The translations under genes and the position numbers were made by a program. From positions 1-24,142 of IMG/VR virus record IMGVR_UViG_3300017644_000005: 24,142 nt of DNA; one strand, written 5' to 3'. The notes beneath the pieces are model-generated. The model had not been told where the DNA came from. It searched no databases and saw only the letters and a list, made by a program, of their open reading frames with translations. The stretch's first letter is position 1, and every line of letters begins with the position of its first letter. Shown piece after piece: positions 6,997 to 16,037 of the stretch. This DNA is from a virus (lineage: Duplodnaviria > Caudoviricetes).

Positions 6997-7263
6997 CTAC
7001 GCAGTAACTTCGATCTCTCTTCGGATTTCATTCCATCCGAATTCGTCCTCGGATTTCAAATCGCCATAGCCGATCTCGTCACCGTATTGCATATACTTTC
7101 GCCAATATTCTTGACAGGTATCGCACCAGTACGCTCGTCCAATTTCACCGCCATCGACGCTTGTGATAACTTGAAGGCGTGAACCCTTCGGGAACTTCCT
7201 CGCACACCCGAAACAGTGATGCTCTTTCCTTGTCATAACCGTCTTTTCGCTCAAAATATCCAC
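6997..7263 (-). CDS. Small Zn-finger-like phage protein
   Basis: 'TRKEHHCFGC...YWCDTC' CxxC pairs; GTG start. Confidence 0.8.
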   Translation of the reverse strand: MDILSEKTVMTRKEHHCFGCARKFPKGSRLQVITSVDGGEIGRAYWCDTCQEYWRKYMQYGDEIGYGDLKSEDEFGWNEIRREIEVTA

Positions 7264-7308
7264 CGATTATTCACCGTCCTTCTATCGAAAAATGGATCGA
7301 TCCGCTGC

Positions 7309-7434
7309 TCAAACGAATATGACGCTCTTCAAAACCTGATCGCATTCTTCGTCAGACATCGAAAACAAGACTACTTCCGAAAATCCATAATCCTTGAGTA
7401 TTTCCCGGCTTGTTTTCTCCTTGGGTTCTTCCAT
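7309..7434 (-). CDS. 41-aa hypothetical protein (below the ORF-track cut-off)
   Basis: MEEPKEKTSREILKDYGFSEVVLFSMSDEECDQVLKSVIFV*, with AGGAG upstream; fills the gap between repeats. Confidence 0.6.
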   Translation of the reverse strand: MEEPKEKTSREILKDYGFSEVVLFSMSDEECDQVLKSVIFV

Positions 7435-7450
7435 ACGTCCCGCCCTCTCC

Positions 7451-7481
7451 TACTGCGCAAAATGGATCGTACTTGCATTCG
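7451..7481. repeat. Intergenic 31-bp repeat, copy 2
   Basis: TACTGCGC-AAAA-TGGATCGTACTTGCATTCG. Confidence 0.9.
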
Positions 7482-7490
7482 TTTTATTCA

Positions 7491-7703
7491 TCAATCGTCT
7501 TCTATTGGATGGCAGGTATATTCAACCGAAATGGATACGAACATATCCTCTTTGCACTCTGGACAAGTAACGGACCTACGGTCCATATCCGCATTGCAAG
7601 CATCCCTGCCATTGAAAATGTGACCGCAGTAGACACATTGGCAATCATCAATCTTCACTGTTTCTTCGCTGAATAGCTTCTTTTTCTTCGGCATCTCAAT
7701 CAT
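7491..7703 (-). CDS. Small Zn-ribbon protein
   Basis: CVYC...CPEC; GGAGG RBS. Confidence 0.75.
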   Translation of the reverse strand: MIEMPKKKKLFSEETVKIDDCQCVYCGHIFNGRDACNADMDRRSVTCPECKEDMFVSISVEYTCHPIEDD

Positions 7704-7733
7704 CCTCCATATGTCGCTTTTTGGATCAAGTAC

Positions 7734-7868
7734 TCACTTCGCCCGTCCTTCTTCCCGTAGCCCTTCCAGCGCGATTTTGCCGGCCGTCATGATCAATTCC
7801 CGTTCCCGGCGCTTTGCGAGGCGCCTTTCGAATCTGCGTTGTTTGCGGCTCTTGGCGGGCTTGGTCAT
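7734..7868 (-). CDS. 44-aa basic hypothetical protein
   Basis: MTKPAKSRKQRRFERR...; ATGA overlap with the ruvC-like stop. Confidence 0.55.
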   Translation of the reverse strand: MTKPAKSRKQRRFERRLAKRRERELIMTAGKIALEGLREEGRAK

Positions 7869-8407
7869 GCCTTCCGCTTCCGCTTCGGTTTCTTCTCGGG
7901 CGGGGTGAGGATCGAACGAATAACCTCGGCTTCGTATTGGCATGTCAGAGTCGGACCGCCGAAATCCTTTGCCATGTGCAATTCCTCGGCGATCTTCGCC
8001 AGTACGAACGCATCCCGCACGTTGTCGCTCGAATGCTCGAATCCCCACTTGCGATAGATTGGCAGGACCATGTCGTCTTTCTTCGCGTTGCCCTTACCTG
8101 TGGCGAATTTCTTCACGGCGGCCGGGCTGACTTCCGTATAAGCGATCCCGCGCCGGAATAGCGCTATGCGAATCCCCCATCCGATGCCGCCTAACTGAAT
8201 GGCCTGCTGGGATGCGAAGCCGAAGCCCTCAATCGCAATCACATCGTCCGGCTGAATGAACGCCATCACCTCGCCGATCAGCGACGCCATGCGTTTCGGG
8301 TCTTTGTCACCGACGCCTGTCAGTTCCTTGACGCGGAGCACGTTGCCGGCCTCATCAAGTGCGACGAATCCAGTCTTGGTCGAGGGGTCTAGTCCAACGA
8401 ATCGCAT
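7865..8407 (-). CDS. ruvC: RuvC-like Holliday junction resolvase
   Basis: 'FVGLDPS..TG', 'IAIEG', 'P..VKKFATGKGNAKK', 'DNVRDA'; GGAGGTG RBS before ATG 8407. Confidence 0.9.
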   Translation of the reverse strand: MRFVGLDPSTKTGFVALDEAGNVLRVKELTGVGDKDPKRMASLIGEVMAFIQPDDVIAIEGFGFASQQAIQLGGIGWGIRIALFRRGIAYTEVSPAAVKKFATGKGNAKKDDMVLPIYRKWGFEHSSDNVRDAFVLAKIAEELHMAKDFGGPTLTCQYEAEVIRSILTPPEKKPKRKRKA

Positions 8408-8844
8408 AGCGTCTTCACCTCCTTGCATTTTGCTTCGTGCCGCCTGATCCAGTTGGACGCGATCGCTATGTCGCAATATCTGCACTTAATTTCCCCGAAC
8501 CGGCCCTCGTACTGGAATTCGCCCATGACTTCCTGACTCCACGGGATGAGCTTCGCGATCTTGCGGTAGTGCTCGCGGTCCTCGTATTTCATGTGCTGCG
8601 ATCCGGCGAAGTATTTCTTGGACTCGGCGCGGATGGTTTCAAAATGGTCGCCGCACAGCGGCACGAGTGCCCAGGTTTTGTCGCCTCGTTTCCCGCATCC
8701 GGGATATTTGCAACGTTCAATCATGCGTTCGACCTCCTTTTCCCCCGCCAACCTTCGAGCGGCCTCGTATCGGTGTTCGAGCAGCGCGCTGTCATCGGTG
8801 GCGATTTGGTATAGTTGTTTTTTGGTCGTTGCTGCAAGGTTCAC
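8389..8844 (-). CDS. Hypothetical Cys/His-rich (Zn-binding) protein; internal in-frame start at 8724
   Basis: CKYPGC...LCGDH and CRYC...HEAKC motifs; GAGGTG RBS at the GTG start and AAGGAGG before ATG 8724. Confidence 0.75.
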   Translation of the reverse strand: MNLAATTKKQLYQIATDDSALLEHRYEAARRLAGEKEVERMIERCKYPGCGKRGDKTWALVPLCGDHFETIRAESKKYFAGSQHMKYEDREHYRKIAKLIPWSQEVMGEFQYEGRFGEIKCRYCDIAIASNWIRRHEAKCKEVKTLCDSLD

Positions 8845-8883
8845 ACCGTCACCTCAATATCCGTTGTCTGTCATCAGATCCTG

Positions 8884-9555
8884 TTAGAACAAAACCGGCT
8901 GGATTTGCGAAAGCCTCGCCTTTGATGTCATGAAATGATTCGCGGCTATTTCGATGCCTATGAATTGGCGGTCACAACTTAATGCCGCTTCTCCCGTCGT
9001 TCCCGATCCCATGAACGGGTCAAGCACAACGTCTCCCGGTTCGCTCGACTTCTCGATAAAAAATCTGCATAGGTCGACGGGCTTCTCGGTTGGATGAATC
9101 ATGCTTTCGCCATTGACTCTTTTGAAACGAATTACATCAGGAGTGCGTCCACCTTTGAGAAGTCGCCTGCCCTTCATTCCGTAGAGAACTAATTCGTGCA
9201 TCGGGGCGTAAGAAGCTTCTAAGTCTCCGGGTCCAGTATTGTTCTTCACCCAAACGAGCAAATTCTTAAGAGTGAAATGCTGCTCAAATTCTCGTTTGAA
9301 AAAGTCAACATGATGCCAACTGCAGAAAACGTAGACCGCCGAGTTTTGCTTTAGAACTCTCGCCATTTCCGCGAAAGAAGTGCGAATTAATTCGTGACCG
9401 TCTTTGTCTCCTACGATCTTGTCGAACGCTTCCTTTCGCCACCCCGATTTATAGTCCATCAAGTAAGGCGGGTCGGTGACAATCAGGTCAATAGATTCAG
9501 AAGGCACCGACGGGAGAACGACGCGACAGTCTTCGTGATGCAATTGAACGCTCAT
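8884..9555 (-). CDS. Orphan N6-adenine/N4-cytosine DNA methyltransferase (beta class)
   Basis: Catalytic DPPY near the N-terminus, HPTEKP, and SAM-binding DPFMGSGTT near the C-terminus; no adjacent restriction enzyme. Confidence 0.93.
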   Translation of the reverse strand: MSVQLHHEDCRVVLPSVPSESIDLIVTDPPYLMDYKSGWRKEAFDKIVGDKDGHELIRTSFAEMARVLKQNSAVYVFCSWHHVDFFKREFEQHFTLKNLLVWVKNNTGPGDLEASYAPMHELVLYGMKGRRLLKGGRTPDVIRFKRVNGESMIHPTEKPVDLCRFFIEKSSEPGDVVLDPFMGSGTTGEAALSCDRQFIGIEIAANHFMTSKARLSQIQPVLF

Positions 9556-9568
9556 GCTCGCTCACCTC

Positions 9569-9916
9569 TCAATCATCATCTAGCCAACCGGCGAGCGCTG
9601 CCGCTGGCTTCGGCTGTTTCGGTTCCTCCGGCGCAGGATCGGACTCCGGCGGTTCCTCCCGCTGCTGTGGCGGCTGCTCCGGCTCGTCATACGCCCATCC
9701 GAGCATCTTATATTTCTCCCGCAGGCCCGGATACTCTCGCACAAGCTGGCCGCGTGTGTACCGCTGCAAAGCGTCGAAGGTGATGTCATACGCTCGCTGC
9801 ATCTTCGCCTTTTCAGCCGGGTCGAGCAGCGGGTCTTCCAATTCGATCGAACGCTTGATCAGCCATGTCCGCGAGCGTTCGAAAACTTCCTCACTTTCGA
9901 TACGTTTTGCGCTCAC
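9569..9916 (-). CDS. Hypothetical phage protein
   Basis: AAGGAGG RBS before GTG 9916 (MSAKRIESEE...); Pro/Glu-rich tail ending WLDDD. Confidence 0.75.
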   Translation of the reverse strand: MSAKRIESEEVFERSRTWLIKRSIELEDPLLDPAEKAKMQRAYDITFDALQRYTRGQLVREYPGLREKYKMLGWAYDEPEQPPQQREEPPESDPAPEEPKQPKPAAALAGWLDDD

Positions 9917-11231
9917 CGACCGCCGCCTCCTTTGGCTCCAGTTCCTTGAAGCGTTGAATCCACCATTCGAACGCGAGTCGGAACTTCTTCGTGCCGACAT
10001 TCCGGCCCTTTGCGAAGATAGATTGCACGATCTTCGCGCTGCCTTCCATCTCTCCGGTGCTCCAAAGGAACTCGACCACGTCAGCGTCTTGTTCGATGCT
10101 GCTGGACTCCTTGAGGTCGGACAGTTTCGGCTCGTCCCGGTTCTCGCTGTCCCGCGTCATCTGCGACAGGAGCAAGAACACGCATTTGAGATGTCTAGCC
10201 GTCTGTTTCGCCGTCGACGTCACTCGCCCGATTGCCTGCGCTCGATTCTCGTTTTTGCGCTGCGGGATGTCCATGATTTGAAGGTAGTCAACGATGATCA
10301 GCGCCAGCTTGCCGAAGCGCTTTTTGAACCGCCGGGCGGTGGCGCGCACCTCTTGGATCGTGACGCCCGCCGAATCTTGGATGTAGATGGGCAGCTTCGA
10401 AACCTCGTCATAGGCTCGGTTAATTCGATCCCATTCGTTATCCGTGAAGCCCTCCGCGCCGCCCTTGTTGATTAGCCGCTTATAGTTGACCTGCGCGACG
10501 GCGGATACAATCCGGTCAATCAATTCGTTGCGGTCCATCTCCTGCGAGTAGATCAGCACCGGTCCGGCGCCGGGATTGTGCTTCGCGACCCCGTAAGCGT
10601 ACAGCAGCGCCTTCGCCGTTTTTCCTGCTCCCGGCCTGCCCGCCAGTACGAACAGCCATCCGATCCACAACCCGCCTGACCATTCATCCAGCAGTTTGAA
10701 CAGCCCCGTGATCAGCTTCTTGGCCTTACTGCGAAGATGTGCGAAATAGTCGTCCCGACCATCCGCGAGCCCGATCATTCCCGATTCTTTCGCCGGCCGA
10801 ATCTCGTCCGTCAGCTCGTCGATCTTGGCAAAGTAGTCATCGTCGCTGTCGTATGCCTCCTGCGATGCCTCGGTGATCTTCTCGGCCAGCAGCAGGCCGC
10901 GCCGCCTATGCGCCTTGGAGCGGACAATTTCGGCGTAATGGCGGACGTTGCTGGCAGTCGGCACGCTGTCCGCAAGCTGGGCCAGATACGAGACACCGCC
11001 GAGGTCATCGATGCGGTTGTGGCGGTTGAAGTGCCCGACGATCGTCACCACGTCAACCGGCTTGTCGTGGTCGTAAAGGTAGCGCATAACCTCGAATATC
11101 AGCCGGTGGCGGTCGGCGAAGAAGTCGCGCGGTTCGAGAAAGGTTATCTCATCCAAGCATTCCGCCTTGAGCAGCACGGACCCGAGTACCGCCTGTTCCG
11201 CGCTCAAATCATGCGTCGGGGTTGAAGTCAT
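9891..11231 (-). CDS. dnaB: Replicative DNA helicase, DnaB family
   Basis: N-domain 'AEQAVLGS.L', Walker A GRPGAGKT, 'IIVDYLQ', 'LLSQ..R', 'LSDLKESSSIEQDAD', 'AKGRN'. Confidence 0.95.
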   Translation of the reverse strand: MTSTPTHDLSAEQAVLGSVLLKAECLDEITFLEPRDFFADRHRLIFEVMRYLYDHDKPVDVVTIVGHFNRHNRIDDLGGVSYLAQLADSVPTASNVRHYAEIVRSKAHRRRGLLLAEKITEASQEAYDSDDDYFAKIDELTDEIRPAKESGMIGLADGRDDYFAHLRSKAKKLITGLFKLLDEWSGGLWIGWLFVLAGRPGAGKTAKALLYAYGVAKHNPGAGPVLIYSQEMDRNELIDRIVSAVAQVNYKRLINKGGAEGFTDNEWDRINRAYDEVSKLPIYIQDSAGVTIQEVRATARRFKKRFGKLALIIVDYLQIMDIPQRKNENRAQAIGRVTSTAKQTARHLKCVFLLLSQMTRDSENRDEPKLSDLKESSSIEQDADVVEFLWSTGEMEGSAKIVQSIFAKGRNVGTKKFRLAFEWWIQRFKELEPKEAAVGERKTYRK

Positions 11232-12000
11232 AAGGATCACCGCCTTGCTCTATCCATTCCTGCGCGGCTGCGAGGCGGTCAATCTGTGACGCGCCCCCGC
11301 CGCCCTTGCCGTTCTTGCCTTTCTTCTCCGCCTTCATCTTGAGCGCCAGCTCACCGAATCGCTCCCGCAGCTTCTTAGCAGACAGCACATTCGTGCGCCA
11401 GAAGTCGTGAGCCGTCACCCAATTCATCACATCGAAGATCAGGCGCTTATCCGTCACCTTGTCCCGCTCAACCATCAGGCGGAATTCGTCGGCCCACTTT
11501 TGCAGATCGGCCTTCGCGATTGATGCGTGATTAAATCCGATGTTGGCAGCCATCTCCTTGATCTTGTCGAGGAAGTATTCAGCCATCTTGTAATAGGTGC
11601 TATCCAGCGCGTATGCCTGCGGCTTCTTCCCGCGCCTCTTCGGCGGCGACTGTGCGGCAGGCTTCGGCGGCTTGCGCTTGACGGGCGGACGGTCGAGCCA
11701 TGAATCATAATCCTTGTTAAAGCCCATCACCCGCGCCTTGCCCACGCCGCCCGCCGTCACCGTCAGCACATTCCGCTCGATCAATGTTGTCACCGCTCTG
11801 TCGACTTGGCTGCGAGATGCCCCGATTGCATCGGCCAAGAACGACAGTGAGAATTCGTGATCCTTGCGGTGGAAGCCGTAGGTGTGCCGCCAGATCACGA
11901 GCAGAATATCGTGCTGCGTGCCGTTAAAGCGGAAGCGCGGGACCGCCTCCATGATCTCGTTCGAGATTCGCGTGAATTTGTGCGGTTGCGGATTTGCCAA
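11209..12000 (-). CDS. Phage replication initiator (lambda O-like N-terminal wHTH, DnaD-like C-terminus)
   Basis: 'MANPQ...FTRISNEI.E', 'IWRHTYGF.RK', 'GFNKDY..W', C-terminal 'FW..NVLSA.KLRE.F'; directly upstream of the helicase. Confidence 0.88.
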   Translation of the reverse strand: MANPQPHKFTRISNEIMEAVPRFRFNGTQHDILLVIWRHTYGFHRKDHEFSLSFLADAIGASRSQVDRAVTTLIERNVLTVTAGGVGKARVMGFNKDYDSWLDRPPVKRKPPKPAAQSPPKRRGKKPQAYALDSTYYKMAEYFLDKIKEMAANIGFNHASIAKADLQKWADEFRLMVERDKVTDKRLIFDVMNWVTAHDFWRTNVLSAKKLRERFGELALKMKAEKKGKNGKGGGGASQIDRLAAAQEWIEQGGDPYDFNPDA

Positions 12001-12711
12001 TTAACTCACCCGCTCTTTTTGCTCCCTTTGCTTGATGTGTTCGAGGATGCGGTCGACGAGTCTGCGGCACTCTTCTTCCGAATCGCCCGAATTAGGCTCG
12101 GCGAGCCAGTAGTCAACGATATCGGTCAATTCATCCTCCAGCGGTTTCGGCGGTTCTTTGACCGTGTAGCCGTAGCGGATAGCGTCGATGAGTTTGAAAA
12201 ATGACCCTCTATTGGCTTCGTCTTGCAACAATTTCATGAATTTGTCGCCGCCATCCTCACCGTGGTGGGCAATTATCCATGCGACGTACTCCTTATCACC
12301 AAAGTTTTTTGGGATAACTTCATCCAACGCTGCCGCCACCTCTTGAGACAGCACGACCGGCTTGCGCCCTTCCTCCATGCGGCGGATTTGTTCGAGCAGT
12401 TCGCGGTTGGCAACCTTCTGCAAGTCGTTGCGTTGCGTCAGCTCGCGGACTTCTTCGCGGCGTTGGAGCAGTTCTTGGTTAATGGCGTTGTACTCGGCTT
12501 CGGAGTAAGTTTGTTCTAATGGCAACACGACGGCGAATTTAAAAGGAACGTCGATGCCGGAATGCTCGCCTTCGATAATCTGGTACGGCGTTTCCAAATC
12601 GAACATCGAAAGCGTCAGGCGGCGCGCTTCGTATTCCTCGCCTTTCTTGATCCAGCCAGAAAGCGGATTCGGCTTGAAATCTCTGACGATCTTTATTTTT
12701 ACGGTTTTCAT
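12001..12711 (-). CDS. Hypothetical phage protein, coiled coil plus DUF1642-like segment
   Basis: 'KPVVLSQEVAAALD...LIDAIRYGYTVKE' pattern. Confidence 0.75.
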   Translation of the reverse strand: MKTVKIKIVRDFKPNPLSGWIKKGEEYEARRLTLSMFDLETPYQIIEGEHSGIDVPFKFAVVLPLEQTYSEAEYNAINQELLQRREEVRELTQRNDLQKVANRELLEQIRRMEEGRKPVVLSQEVAAALDEVIPKNFGDKEYVAWIIAHHGEDGGDKFMKLLQDEANRGSFFKLIDAIRYGYTVKEPPKPLEDELTDIVDYWLAEPNSGDSEEECRRLVDRILEHIKQREQKERVS

Positions 12712-13479
12712 CTAAACCACCTCACAGAAATAATGTTTTCCGTTCTCGTATCCCCGCCGCCGCAAGGCCGCCTCAACGGTCGCCTGCGCCAGCTCGGGCA
12801 TGTTGTTGCTCTTGGATAGGTGCGTCAGGTAGATGCGTTCCCCACGGCCCCGCACGAGGCGGGCGAGTGCGTCCGCTGTCTGCTGATTGCTCAGATGACC
12901 GATGTCGGAGAGAATGCGCGCCTTCGTGCTGTCCGGGTAATCGCTGACGGCGACGAGCTCCGGGTCGTGGTTGGCTTCGATGATGTAGATGTCGCTGCCT
13001 CGCATAGCCTCCAGCATGTCGCGGTCGACGTGGCCGGTGTCGAGGCAGATGCTGACTTTGCAATCGTCCGACTCCACCACGTAGCCAACCGGGTCATAGG
13101 CGTCGTGGTATGTTTTGAACGGAAATGCGCTGACAGATTCCACGAAACCCTTTCCTCTCGCGTATAGCGTGATCGGTTCGACGCCTCCGGGCAGATCGTT
13201 CCTCAGTTCCTCGTCGACGTTGTTAATGTCCCGCCATTCGTCCGACCCGGCATAAACCGGGATGCGATACTTGTTCGCGAGCGGCAGGCCCTTGATGTGG
13301 TCACCGTGCGCGTGGGTGATGAATATGCCCACGATCTCGTCCGGGCGGATGCCCGCTTCGAGCAGCCGCTTTTCGATCTTCGTTTTGGCAATCCCGGCGT
13401 CGATCAGGATGACGGTGGAACCGGAGCGGACGGCGATGCAGTTGCCGCCGCTGCCGGACGCGATAATGTCGATTTTCAT
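12712..13479 (-). CDS. Metallo-beta-lactamase-fold hydrolase (YycJ/WalJ-like nuclease)
   Basis: 'ASGSGGNC', 'LIDAG', THAHGDH, 'HDA', 'DTG', 'EANHD', 'GHLSN', 'HLS..NN'. Confidence 0.92.
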   Translation of the reverse strand: MKIDIIASGSGGNCIAVRSGSTVILIDAGIAKTKIEKRLLEAGIRPDEIVGIFITHAHGDHIKGLPLANKYRIPVYAGSDEWRDINNVDEELRNDLPGGVEPITLYARGKGFVESVSAFPFKTYHDAYDPVGYVVESDDCKVSICLDTGHVDRDMLEAMRGSDIYIIEANHDPELVAVSDYPDSTKARILSDIGHLSNQQTADALARLVRGRGERIYLTHLSKSNNMPELAQATVEAALRRRGYENGKHYFCEVV

Positions 13480-13853
13480 ACGCCGGACACCGCCAGATGC
13501 TTGACGGCCTCCCACGCAGCGCGCCCATCGCGATAACCGCGTTCCGACTCTTCGCGCTCGTTCGGCTGGGTAATTGGCGGCGAGGGTTGTCCGTCGAATC
13601 CGTAGGTGAACCCATAGATGTATGATGGGCTTAAACCGAGTTCGTCGCCGATCAAATCAGATTCCGAATATAGTGATCCGTAGAGGGTTTGAAAGCCATT
13701 TTCGACCTTGGACGAAAATATTGCTCCCAAACCACAAGCGCACCGCGAACCACCTTCGTATTCAATTGCCCATTCTGCTTGTTCTGGCCGCAAGCCCGTC
13801 GCCTTGTAGGCCGCCAACACTTCCTCCGGCGTTATGCGCTTGGTTTCGATCAC
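13476..13853 (-). CDS. Hypothetical protein
   Basis: Overlaps both neighbours by 4 bp; 'CACGLGA' and 'GFTYGFDG' motifs. Confidence 0.75.
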   Translation of the reverse strand: MIETKRITPEEVLAAYKATGLRPEQAEWAIEYEGGSRCACGLGAIFSSKVENGFQTLYGSLYSESDLIGDELGLSPSYIYGFTYGFDGQPSPPITQPNEREESERGYRDGRAAWEAVKHLAVSGV

Positions 13854-14842
13854 TGGGGATCACCTCCGAGCAAATCGTCATCGTCCGACGCCTGCGCCTG
13901 CTTCTTCGCGATGTCCACGTCCATCAGTTTGATGAGCTTGGTCAACTCCTGCAGCGTGGGCACATCGCCTTTTACGACGTTTTTGCTGGCGATATATTCG
14001 GCCTTGGCGTCTTTGCCAGTGATGCCAAGTTCGCGGAATTTCACGTTCATCTGCTTGCGCAGAGTTTCGATCTTGGCGGATTCGTCGTCCTGTGGCTGCG
14101 GTTCGGGATCCGGTGTCTGGTTTTGTGGTGATGCTTTTGCTCCATCCTTCGGGCCGAATCGCTCTTGTGCGTGTCGCATCCCTTCCGCGAATGGTTCGTT
14201 GCCTCTCGATGCGGCGTTCGCCTCTTCGGTGATGTCGCGGCGAGTTGGTTGTTCGTATGGTTCGGGATTATTAACCGAAAAATCATCTTCGTTGATATCG
14301 ATGCCGAACTGTCCTTTGAGAGCCCTTTTCAACACATGTTTTTTGAACATATCGGCGGTATACTTCTTCCACATCGTTTGTTGATTCGGGATTGGGCTTT
14401 TCAGGAAGTGTTCGACTTCCGAGAATTTCATGATGACGGTGTACGGCTTGAATCCATCGCGGTAAGCAACGGCATAAGCCCCTCTGATTTGGGCATCATC
14501 TGGCGCGAAAACATCGGGTTCGTGTTCGATCTCCCAAATTCCGTCTTTGTTTCTGGTTGCCTTGAATGGCTCCCCTTCGTAGACAACCTGTGCGTCATAT
14601 CCTTGAAACCCTTCCTTTTGCTTGGCAAGATACGCAATGCCCTCAATGCCGATTTGCAGCGACATCGTGCCTTTGTAGCAGATAGCGTAGATGTGATTGA
14701 GGAACGGATTAAGGCCGGATGCGTGCGCAGTGCGGATGAATAGTTGAAATTGCGAATCCGTTGTTTCGGCAGCAAGGGTTTGTTTCATTGTTTGAATGTC
14801 TTCAATGCTCCAATTACCGACAGTTGTAAGTTGTTTGCTCAT
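13850..14842 (-). CDS. recT: RecT/Red-beta family single-strand annealing protein
   Basis: 'F.....SGLNPF..HIY', 'GIEG...LA', 'GAYA..YR', 'W......MFKK...RALK'; clustered with the SbcC-like and MBL genes. Confidence 0.88.
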   Translation of the reverse strand: MSKQLTTVGNWSIEDIQTMKQTLAAETTDSQFQLFIRTAHASGLNPFLNHIYAICYKGTMSLQIGIEGIAYLAKQKEGFQGYDAQVVYEGEPFKATRNKDGIWEIEHEPDVFAPDDAQIRGAYAVAYRDGFKPYTVIMKFSEVEHFLKSPIPNQQTMWKKYTADMFKKHVLKRALKGQFGIDINEDDFSVNNPEPYEQPTRRDITEEANAASRGNEPFAEGMRHAQERFGPKDGAKASPQNQTPDPEPQPQDDESAKIETLRKQMNVKFRELGITGKDAKAEYIASKNVVKGDVPTLQELTKLIKLMDVDIAKKQAQASDDDDLLGGDPQ

Positions 14843-15237
14843 TTCGAAGTTCCTCCATTCTGAATGTCCATCTTCGCTATAAATTCCTTCACTTCGCGGC
14901 GGTGTTTCTCGTCATCGTCGTCATAACCGCCCGTGCCAAAGTTGAAATGTTCCGATTGGAGATATTCGAGAGTGGTTTGCTCCGGCGACCATTGCCCCTC
15001 GAATCCATAGCAAGAGCAATGCGATCCATGATTCTCGAACAATTCCCCGGTCTGACGGTCTCGCAAAAGGAAGAATGAAGACGAATCGCAACCCCAGGAA
15101 CCAACGGACTGATAGGCGATGAGGATGTCGAAACGATTGACGTCGGAAGCGGCACATTCGTATTCGCCGACGATGTGCTCGCGAACATGATCGTCGTTCA
15201 TGCCCGCGAGGTCAGCGAGAAATAGTTGAGCCCCCAT
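14839..15237 (-). CDS. Conserved hypothetical phage protein
   Basis: Start MGAQLF at 15237; distinctive 'GSHCSCYGFEGQW.P' motif. Confidence 0.8.
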   Translation of the reverse strand: MGAQLFLADLAGMNDDHVREHIVGEYECAASDVNRFDILIAYQSVGSWGCDSSSFFLLRDRQTGELFENHGSHCSCYGFEGQWSPEQTTLEYLQSEHFNFGTGGYDDDDEKHRREVKEFIAKMDIQNGGTSK

Positions 15238-15241
15238 CTGT

Positions 15242-15439
15242 TCAAAACCCCCCTTTGCTGGTCTCAAGGCCGCGCTTGACTTGTTTGCGGGTCGCTTCCC
15301 ACGCTTTGGCATAGACTTCATCCGGGCTATCGCCAGGATCGACAGTCATCGTGACACCTGCGTCGACTTTAAGCGATTCGTAGTTGCCGAGGTTCTTCGT
15401 AAAGGTGAATCCGACGGTGATTTGCTGAACTTGACTCAT
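15242..15439 (-). CDS. Small conserved phage protein
   Basis: 'ITVGFTFTKNLGNYESLKVDAG'; ATGA overlap with the upstream gene. Confidence 0.8.
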   Translation of the reverse strand: MSQVQQITVGFTFTKNLGNYESLKVDAGVTMTVDPGDSPDEVYAKAWEATRKQVKRGLETSKGGF

Positions 15440-15648
15440 TCTTTTTCATCCTCCTGTTCGAATATTTCGTCGAAGCATGATTCGCAAATACTGCTGATCA
15501 GCAATTCGCGGTCATTGTCACTCAGGCAGGGCATCGCGTTCTGGATGAGTTCGCCCTGTTGCCATCTGCGAAATCCGACCTCGGGCACGCGAATCATGAA
15601 ATTCCGCTCGCAACGTTTGCACGTCCTCGGGAGTATGGCGTGGCTCAT
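15436..15648 (-). CDS. Small Zn-binding hypothetical protein
   Basis: CKRC...CESC; 'LIQNAMP.L...RELLIS'. Confidence 0.8.
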   Translation of the reverse strand: MSHAILPRTCKRCERNFMIRVPEVGFRRWQQGELIQNAMPCLSDNDRELLISSICESCFDEIFEQEDEKE

Positions 15649-16025
15649 CCCTTCGCCGCCTCTCCGTTGTAGTAGGGCGCGAACGGCACGGGAAACGGCG
15701 CGAACTTGTTTGCGAGGCGCTTGCGCTCGCGGCGCGATAGAACGCGGCCATAATCCGCCTTGATCGACTCGGATACGACAGAAACGCCGAGCGTGCCGGG
15801 GATGTAGCGCGCTTTCTTCTGGCGCGGTTCCTTGGGCTTGGCCGCCATCAGGCCCCTGTCGCGCTTGCTTTGGGCGCGGCGGTCGGCGGCATTCTTATTG
15901 CGGCCTCGGACGGACATGCCGCCCTTGGCTGCGGCGATGTCGTAGAATGCGGCGGACTGGCGAGCGAGCGCGAGAGCGCGGTCTTTCTCGGGGCTGCGTT
16001 TGAAGCTCGGGAGTTTGATTTTCAT
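15645..16025 (-). CDS. Basic hypothetical protein
   Basis: GGAGG RBS; Lys/Arg-rich; ATGA overlap. Confidence 0.75.
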   Translation of the reverse strand: MKIKLPSFKRSPEKDRALALARQSAAFYDIAAAKGGMSVRGRNKNAADRRAQSKRDRGLMAAKPKEPRQKKARYIPGTLGVSVVSESIKADYGRVLSRRERKRLANKFAPFPVPFAPYYNGEAAKG

Positions 16026-16037
16026 GGGATTGGCCTC

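Noticed and set aside
8884-9555. Restriction-modification system
   Set aside because: No cognate endonuclease nearby; orphan phage methyltransferases are common.
12712-13479. Beta-lactamase resistance gene
   Set aside because: Motifs and context (RecT, SbcC-like) match YycJ-type nucleases; no signal peptide.
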